Origin: Dehalococcoidia bacterium
GTDB taxonomy: Bacteria; Chloroflexota; Dehalococcoidia; UBA2979
Assembly (NCBI GenBank): GCA_965248675.1
Contig: CBDFJZ010000008.1
Location: 873,213 to 937,212, forward strand
Direction of reading: 5' to 3'
DNA: 64,000 nt
Both the position numbers and the translations under genes were made by a program. Shown here one piece after another: positions 58,272 to 64,000 of this stretch. The notes under the pieces were generated by a model. That model searched no databases, was not told where the DNA came from, and saw only the letters and a program-made list of their open reading frames with translations. The stretch's first letter is position 1. Each line of letters opens with the position of its first letter.

Positions 58272-58760
58272 CTATGGCTGGGGAGCGGGCTGCAGTCCGA
58301 AGGGGCCCTTCGCCGGGTCGATCAGGACGCCGACGGCCCACTCGTAGCCGTCGGGATCGCGCACGATCACCTCGCGCCAGCCGTGGCCCTTATCGGCGGT
58401 GGGTACAGCGACGGTCGCGCCGTGCTCCCGCGCGCGGGCCTCGACGGCGTCGGGGTCGATGCCGAGCAGGCGGATCTGCGCGCCGAGACCGCGCGCCTCG
58501 CCGGCGGCGAGCCGCGGGTACGAGGGGTGCTCGTCGTGGGTGTGGTCGGCGTGGAGCATCACCTCGGCGCTGTCGACGCGCACGGCGGCGAAGTCGACGT
58601 CCTGGTAGTGCACCTCGGCCTCGAAGACATCGCGGTAGAAGGCGGCCGAACGCTCGGTGTCGGCGACGATCAGGTTGAGCGAGAGCGCGGGCAGCAGGGC
58701 GCCGTAGCGGAAGCCGGGCATCCACGGCATCGTGCCGTCCGGGCGCTTGCGCGTACCCAT
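58272..58760 (-). CDS. VOC-family (glyoxalase/bleomycin-resistance fold) protein
   Basis: Two βαβββ-type halves. ...IVADTERSAAFYRDVF...VIVRDPDGYEWAV. Confidence 0.7.
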   Translation of the reverse strand: MGTRKRPDGTMPWMPGFRYGALLPALSLNLIVADTERSAAFYRDVFEAEVHYQDVDFAAVRVDSAEVMLHADHTHDEHPSYPRLAAGEARGLGAQIRLLGIDPDAVEARAREHGATVAVPTADKGHGWREVIVRDPDGYEWAVGVLIDPAKGPFGLQPAPQP

Positions 58761-58795
58761 CGGTGCCTCCCGGCTCCGGGCCTGCGATCGCGGAG

Positions 58796-60076
58796 CTACG
58801 CAGCGCCCTCGGCGACGCGTGCGCAGGCCGTCGCGAGGCGGCGGGCCGCCTCGGGGATGTCGTCCAGGGCGATCCAGGAGAACGCCATGCGGAGGTGCTC
58901 GCCGGGATCCTGGTGATCGGGGAAGAAGGCGTGGCCGTACGGGAAGGTGACGCCCTGCAGGATCGCCTCGCGCTGGACGTCGCGCGCGGTCAGGCCCTCC
59001 TGGAGCGTGGCCCAGAGGAAGAAACCGCCCTCGGGCTTACGGAACGTGAGATACGGCTCGCAGTACTCGTGGAGCGCGGACGTCAGGGCATCGAGCTTCT
59101 GCGAGTAGACCTGGCGCATGTGCTGGATGTGCTCGTCCAGGCGGCCGTCCGCCATGAAGTTGTAGATCATATGGTGCAGCAGCGGGCTGTTGCCCATCTC
59201 GAAGCGCATCCGCATCACGCGCTCGATGACGGCCGGCTCGGCGTGGACCCAGCCGACGCGGAGACCGGTCGCGATGATCTTCGAGAAGGTGCTGACCGTG
59301 ATCAGACCCTGCACTCCGGCCAGCTCGGAGAGCGCGGTGGGGCTGTGCTCGGTGTAGACGAACTCGCCGTAGGCGTCGTCATCGAGAATCAGCGCACCGT
59401 GGTTCGCGGCGAGACGGAGCAGCTCGTGTCGCCGCTCGAGCGACATCGAAGAGCCGACCGGGTTGTGGAAGTTGCTGATCGTGTAGATCAGCTTCGCGCG
59501 CTTGCCCTGCGATTCGAGCTCGGCGAGGACGCGGGCGAGCTCGTTGGTGTCGAGGCCGTCCTCGTCCATGCCGACGGAGAGGATGTTCGCCTGGCTGCCA
59601 CGAAAGGTGCGGAGCGTCCCGGAGAACGTGGGCGCCTCGGAGATGACGGTGTCGCCGGGGCTGAGGAATGCCGCACAAACGAGGTCGATCGCGCCGGCGC
59701 TGCCGTTGGTGAGCAAAAAGTGGTCGGCGGTCACCGGCACGTGGCGGTCGCGTGTGTATCGCTCGGCAAGCGCCTCGCGGAGGGGCTCGTAGCCGGCGCC
59801 GCCGCCGTAGCGCAGCGGGCTGTCGTCGGGTACGTCGAGGGCGCGATCCATCGCGGCGAGCAGCTCTGCGCGGGGCAGCGTGTCGGGATCGGGAATGCCG
59901 CCGCCGAGGCTAATCGGCGAGACCGGCGACTGGACGTTCGCCGGCATGCCCCAGTCGGTAGCGGACCCGGCGGTCAGGTGTTTCACGGCGTCGCTGGTGA
60001 GCTCGTCAAGGTCGTGCTCAGCCCAGAGACGCCCCAGCTCGTCGACGATGGTGTCGGCAACCGGTTCGACCGTCAC
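58796..60076 (-). CDS. PLP-dependent aminotransferase, class I/II
   Basis: TNGSAGAIDL ... LILDDDAYGEF ... STFSKIIATGLRVGW (the PLP lysine region). Confidence 0.85.
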   Translation of the reverse strand: MTVEPVADTIVDELGRLWAEHDLDELTSDAVKHLTAGSATDWGMPANVQSPVSPISLGGGIPDPDTLPRAELLAAMDRALDVPDDSPLRYGGGAGYEPLREALAERYTRDRHVPVTADHFLLTNGSAGAIDLVCAAFLSPGDTVISEAPTFSGTLRTFRGSQANILSVGMDEDGLDTNELARVLAELESQGKRAKLIYTISNFHNPVGSSMSLERRHELLRLAANHGALILDDDAYGEFVYTEHSPTALSELAGVQGLITVSTFSKIIATGLRVGWVHAEPAVIERVMRMRFEMGNSPLLHHMIYNFMADGRLDEHIQHMRQVYSQKLDALTSALHEYCEPYLTFRKPEGGFFLWATLQEGLTARDVQREAILQGVTFPYGHAFFPDHQDPGEHLRMAFSWIALDDIPEAARRLATACARVAEGAA

Positions 60077-60189
60077 GGCGGATTCCCTACAGAAGTACAG
60101 GACTGGGGATCAAGACGGAACGCCCCCATGCGGGGCGTTATCGAGCCATCGTATGGCGTTTCACAAATCAGCAGCAAGGGGGCGTTCCC

Positions 60190-61422
60190 TCATCGCGCCT
60201 GTTCGGCGACGACAGCCATCGCATCGCCGAGGCGCGCGATCGCCGCGCGCAGGTCGTCTGGCGGCAACGCCGAGAAGACGAGGCGCAGCGAGTGGTCTCC
60301 GTTATCGTCCGCGAAGTACATCGGTCCGGGCGTGACGGCGACGTCGCGAGCGATGGCCGCCTCGAATACGGCCTGCGCCGCCAGCGGATCATTGAGGTGG
60401 AGCCAGAAGAAGAAGCCGCCACCCGGGGTGCGAAAGCGCGCGTAGGGCTCCGTGTGCTCGACGAGCGCGGCCGCGGCGGCGTCCCGCCGCTCGCGATAGA
60501 TCGCCTGCAGCTGCTGGACGTGGACCTCGTAGTGCGCGGTTTCGAGGTACGTCAGCACGACGCGGTGGAGGAACGACGACGCGCCATTGTCGAAGCGCAT
60601 GTGCACGAGCGCCGCGGTCACGTGCGGTTCGGCGAGCACCCACGCGACGCGCAGGCCGCTGGCGACCGTCTTCGAGAAGGTGCCGAGCCGGAGCACGCCT
60701 CGGCCCTCCGCGACGGCGAAGAGCGACGTCGGCGGCGGGCCGTCGATGTCGAGGCCGGCGTAAGCGTCGTCCTCCACGATCAGCGCGTGATGCTGCGCGG
60801 CGAGGTGGACGAGCGCTTCGCGCCGTTCGAGCGGGAGGGTCGCGCCCGTGGGATTGTCGTAGTTCGGCACGACGTAGATCAGCTTCGCCGGCGTGCCGGC
60901 CGCCGTAAGCGACGCGAGCGTGCCGGCGAGCACGTCGGTGTCGAGGCCGTCATCGTCCTGCGGCACGGTCACGATCCGCGCGCCACGGGCGCGGAAGGTG
61001 CGGATCGCGCCGGGGTAGGTCGGCGCGCCCATGATCACGGCGTCGCCCACGGCGAGGAACGTGAGCGCGATGTTCTGAAGGCCGTGCGCGGAGCCCGAGG
61101 TGAGCGTCACGGCCTCGGATCCGATCGCGAGGCCGGCCTTCGCGCCCTCGGTGCGGGCGATCCAGGCGCGGAGCGGCTCGTAGCCTTGCTGGCCGCCGTA
61201 GGTGAGCGCCGCACCGGGGTCTTCCTCGAGCACGGCCGTGGCGGCGGCGGCGAGCTGCCGGGCGGGCAGCGAGGCGCGGTCCGGAACGCCCGCGTTGAGG
61301 TCGTAGCGAAGCGGTGAGAGGGAGGTGTTCTTCGGGAGCTGGGAGACGATCGGCGCGAGCAGGCCGTCGAGCGAGGTGGCGCTCGGATCGGGGCTCGAAA
61401 AAGCGGGCTCCTGATCGCTCAT
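60190..61422 (-). CDS. PLP-dependent aminotransferase, class I/II (paralog of the upstream gene)
   Basis: LTSGSAHGLQ ... LIVEDDAYAGL ... GTFSKTVASGLRVAW. Confidence 0.85.
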   Translation of the reverse strand: MSDQEPAFSSPDPSATSLDGLLAPIVSQLPKNTSLSPLRYDLNAGVPDRASLPARQLAAAATAVLEEDPGAALTYGGQQGYEPLRAWIARTEGAKAGLAIGSEAVTLTSGSAHGLQNIALTFLAVGDAVIMGAPTYPGAIRTFRARGARIVTVPQDDDGLDTDVLAGTLASLTAAGTPAKLIYVVPNYDNPTGATLPLERREALVHLAAQHHALIVEDDAYAGLDIDGPPPTSLFAVAEGRGVLRLGTFSKTVASGLRVAWVLAEPHVTAALVHMRFDNGASSFLHRVVLTYLETAHYEVHVQQLQAIYRERRDAAAAALVEHTEPYARFRTPGGGFFFWLHLNDPLAAQAVFEAAIARDVAVTPGPMYFADDNGDHSLRLVFSALPPDDLRAAIARLGDAMAVVAEQAR

Positions 61423-61514
61423 GGTCGCGCCAGCCTACGAGCGGCCTCGGGGGCCCACAACCGCGCGGGGACGGTATCTTCGGCAGCAGACGCGCACCCG
61501 AGAAGGCGGCAGCG

Positions 61515-62282
61515 ATGAGCGATGAGGTGCTGGTAACGAGTGTCGCGGACGGGATCGGCCGGCTGCGGCTGAATCGCGCCGACAAGCGCAACGCGATCAA
61601 CGAGCCGCTGTCGCGCGCAATCCTCGAGGCGATGGAGCAGATGGACGCCGACGACGCGGTCCACGTGATCGTCATCGAGGGGACCGACGGCTCGTTCTGC
61701 GCCGGCGCGGACATGGGCGAGGCGCTGGCCGCGGCGGAAGGCGGGGACCGGCGGTTCAACCCGTCGCGCGACGCGGCCGCGCGGGTGGCGTCCTCGGAGA
61801 AGCCGACGATCGCGAAGATCGACGGGCCTGCCTACGGCGCCGGAGCGCTGCTGGCATGCGGCTGCGATCTGCGCGTGATGTCGGATCGGTCGCGGATGCG
61901 ATTCCCCGGCGCGGACTACGGCCTCGTGGTCGGAGCAGCAGCGCTGACGGTGCTGGTCGGGCCGGTGCTGGCGAAGGAGCTGATCTACACCTCGCGCGTC
62001 GTCGACGCCGAGGAGGCGCTGCGGATCGGGATCGCCAACCGCGTCGTCGCCGCCGACGACCTCGATGCCGAGGCGCTGGAGCTGGCGACGGCGGTCGCGG
62101 CGGCTTCGCCGCTGGCGGCGCGCTGGGCAAAGCAGGTGATCAACGCTGCCGCCACCGGCGGCGACGCGATGGGGATCGAGGGTCAGGCCGACCTCGTGCT
62201 GCGCGGGGGCGCCGACCACATGGCGCGCTTCGCCACGGCGACCTCGCGGATCGTTGGGCGCTCCTCGGGAGGGTCGCGATGA
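61515..62282 (+). CDS. enoyl-CoA hydratase/isomerase (crotonase), intact
   Basis: ATG at 61515. VIVIEGTDGSFCAGADM ... AKIDGPAYGAGALLACGCDLRVM. Confidence 0.85.
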   Translation: MSDEVLVTSVADGIGRLRLNRADKRNAINEPLSRAILEAMEQMDADDAVHVIVIEGTDGSFCAGADMGEALAAAEGGDRRFNPSRDAAARVASSEKPTIAKIDGPAYGAGALLACGCDLRVMSDRSRMRFPGADYGLVVGAAALTVLVGPVLAKELIYTSRVVDAEEALRIGIANRVVAADDLDAEALELATAVAAASPLAARWAKQVINAAATGGDAMGIEGQADLVLRGGADHMARFATATSRIVGRSSGGSR

Positions 62283-62824
62283 CCTCGGAAGTGGAGAGCG
62301 CGCGCGAACTGACCGAGGAGGAGCAGCGAGTTCGCGGCTACCTGGTCGGCCAGGCGGAGCAGCGCGACTGGATCGAGCTGTGGCCGCGCGCGATCGCCGT
62401 GCGCGGCGCGCTGCTGCAGGCGATCGACCAGGTCACCGAGGAGCAGGCCGACTGGTCGCCCGGCGATGAGCAGTGGAGCATCCGCCAGATCGCCGAACAC
62501 GTGCTTACTGCGTCGCGTCGCAACCTGCGGTTGATCGAGGACCTCGCGGCCGGCCGGCCCGAGGACGTGCGCGAGCCGGCGGCGCCGGCGAAGCTGCCAG
62601 GCTCGTTCGCCCGTCTACGGATTCACCTCGCCGAGCACTCCGTGAAGCTGGCGTCGCTGCCAGAGCGGCTGCCGCCGATGGTGAACCTGGAGATGACGTC
62701 GCCGCACGGGAACTTTGGTGAGCTGAACAGCCGCGCCTGGTTCCTCTTCAATCGCGTCCACGACACCGATCACCTTCAGCAGATCGAGGCGATCCAGGCC
62801 GCGGACGGCTACCCCGGTGCCTGA
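62279..62824 (+). CDS. DinB/YfiT-like four-helix-bundle protein
   Basis: ATG overlaps the upstream stop (ATGA). WSIRQIAEHVL...HSVKLA...HDTDHLQQI gives the His-rich DinB_2-type pattern. Confidence 0.6.
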   Translation: MTSEVESARELTEEEQRVRGYLVGQAEQRDWIELWPRAIAVRGALLQAIDQVTEEQADWSPGDEQWSIRQIAEHVLTASRRNLRLIEDLAAGRPEDVREPAAPAKLPGSFARLRIHLAEHSVKLASLPERLPPMVNLEMTSPHGNFGELNSRAWFLFNRVHDTDHLQQIEAIQAADGYPGA

Positions 62825-62953
62825 CTCCGCGGACCTGGGCCCACGTGGCTTCGAGGAGCTAAACGCGCAGGAGGCTGACGCCGTCGCGCGGATGACCGAA
62901 CGCGGGCCACGGATGGCAACAGTCGAAGCGGCTCATAAGCGAACCTGGCGGGG

Positions 62954-63964
62954 GTGCCGATGACTGAGGAAGAGCGAGGCCCGGTCTACGCGCCGGAGCT
63001 CGAGGGCGGCGAGTGGCTGCAGGGCGATCCGGTCGCGATCCGCGGCTCGGGCAAACCGGTGCTGATCGACTTCTGGGACTACACCTGCGTGAACTGCCTG
63101 CGAACGCTGCCGTACGTGGCAGAGTGGCACCGACGCTACGCCGAACACGGACTGCAGATCGTTGGGGTGCACACGCCCGAGTTCTCGTTCGCGAAGAACC
63201 CGGAGCACGTGCGTCGCGCGATCGCGGCGCAGGCGATCGAATATCCGGTCGTCCTCGATGCCGACCTCAAGATCTGGCAGGCCTACGCGAACCGCTACTG
63301 GCCGGCCAAATACTTCATCAACGTCGAGGGCAAGATCCAGGCGCGGCACTACGGCGAGGGCAGCTACGCCGAGTCCGAGCAGCTGATCCAGGCGCTGCTC
63401 TCACAGCAAGAGGGCTTCGACGCGGCACTGCCGGCCGTGATGGAGCCGGTGCGCGAGGAGGACGCGACCGGCGCCGTTTGCTACCGCGTCACCCCGGAGC
63501 TGTACTGCGGCCTCGCCCGAGGAAACATCGGCAACATCTCTAACGTCACGCCGGACCAGCCGGCGACGTACGTCGACCCCGGCAAGCACCTGGAGGGGAC
63601 GCTCTACTTCGAGGGCGACTGGATTCTGCAGGCGGAGAGCGCCGCCCGCCCGTACGGGGCGAAGCAAACGAGTCGGATGCACCTCGACTACATGGCCGCC
63701 GACCTGAACCTGGTACTACACCCGCCGATCACCGGCGAGACCGCCGAGCTGCGCGTGCTGCTGGATGGGGCGCCCGTGAGCGCTACCGCCGGAAGCGACG
63801 TGAGCGACGGCGCGGTACGTGTGGACGTGCCTCGGATGTACAATCTGGTCGCGGACGGCGACGTCGAGCGGCATTCGCTGACGCTCGAGACTGACGCGGA
63901 CGGGCTGGCCGCCTTCGCGTTCACGTTCACCTCGTGTGTCGCACCCCCACCGGAGGAGAGCTAG
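62954..63964 (+). CDS. thioredoxin-like redoxin (CxxC) with C-terminal DipZ-C-like domain
   Basis: PVLIDFWDYTCVNCLRTLPYV ... YWPAKYFIN. The ~170-aa C-terminal extension resembles the CBM-like domain of DipZ-type proteins. Confidence 0.65.
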   Translation: MPMTEEERGPVYAPELEGGEWLQGDPVAIRGSGKPVLIDFWDYTCVNCLRTLPYVAEWHRRYAEHGLQIVGVHTPEFSFAKNPEHVRRAIAAQAIEYPVVLDADLKIWQAYANRYWPAKYFINVEGKIQARHYGEGSYAESEQLIQALLSQQEGFDAALPAVMEPVREEDATGAVCYRVTPELYCGLARGNIGNISNVTPDQPATYVDPGKHLEGTLYFEGDWILQAESAARPYGAKQTSRMHLDYMAADLNLVLHPPITGETAELRVLLDGAPVSATAGSDVSDGAVRVDVPRMYNLVADGDVERHSLTLETDADGLAAFAFTFTSCVAPPPEES

Positions 63965-63966
63965 CC

Positions 63967-64000
63967 ATGCCGAGCGCGGCGATCAACGAGATCGAACTGT
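63967..64000 (+). CDS. 5' end of a following gene (MPSAAINEIEL...), truncated by the window
   Basis: ATG 3 nt after the previous stop. Too short to classify. Confidence 0.25.
   Translation, partial: MPSAAINEIEL

Noticed and set aside
1-64000. CRISPR arrays, rRNA, tRNA, integrases and transposases
   Set aside because: No short regularly spaced direct repeats. No tRNA T-loop-like GGTTCGAATCC motifs were found in the intergenic gaps inspected. No recombinase-like ORFs.

Overview
This is a 64 kb high-GC (~70%) stretch of bacterial chromosome. F420-type enzymes (LLM and PPOX families), an Eis-like GNAT, DUF3090, DinB-like and DipZ-like proteins suggest an actinobacterial-type genome. Most of the window is ordinary metabolism. 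Recognisable genes include metH, metF, ilvD, murB, folE2, mogA/moaB, dihydroorotase, an ABC-F ATPase, and many acyl-CoA genes: four family-III CoA transferases, two crotonases, an acyl-CoA dehydrogenase and a PaaI thioesterase. There are also alcohol dehydrogenases, aminotransferases and MFS transporters. No rRNA, tRNA, CRISPR array, integrase or transposase was recognised.

The accessory content is as follows.
- A tandem pair of paralogous lipoproteins built from a repeated ~160-aa domain I do not recognise (1489..4631).
- A ~130 bp two-hairpin repeat present on both sides of the ABC-F gene.
- A low-GC orphan gene (14041..15237) whose C-terminus resembles nucleoside 2-deoxyribosyltransferase/LOG-like folds.
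- A vapBC module and a higBA module wedged between metH and metF.
- A secreted-protein gene carrying an in-frame G13 tract, flanked by a degenerate duplicate of the folE2 3' end.
- Two further lipoproteins (SH3b-type, and Tat/LTD-type with a TEEP repeat).

A striking property is the number of coding regions interrupted by single-nucleotide frameshifts (at least 8 genes, several at short homopolymers). Two more carry in-frame TGA codons. This pattern fits either indel-prone assembly or genuine gene decay, and the two cannot be separated from sequence alone.

All functional calls are from reading the translated ORFs against remembered family motifs. No database search was run.
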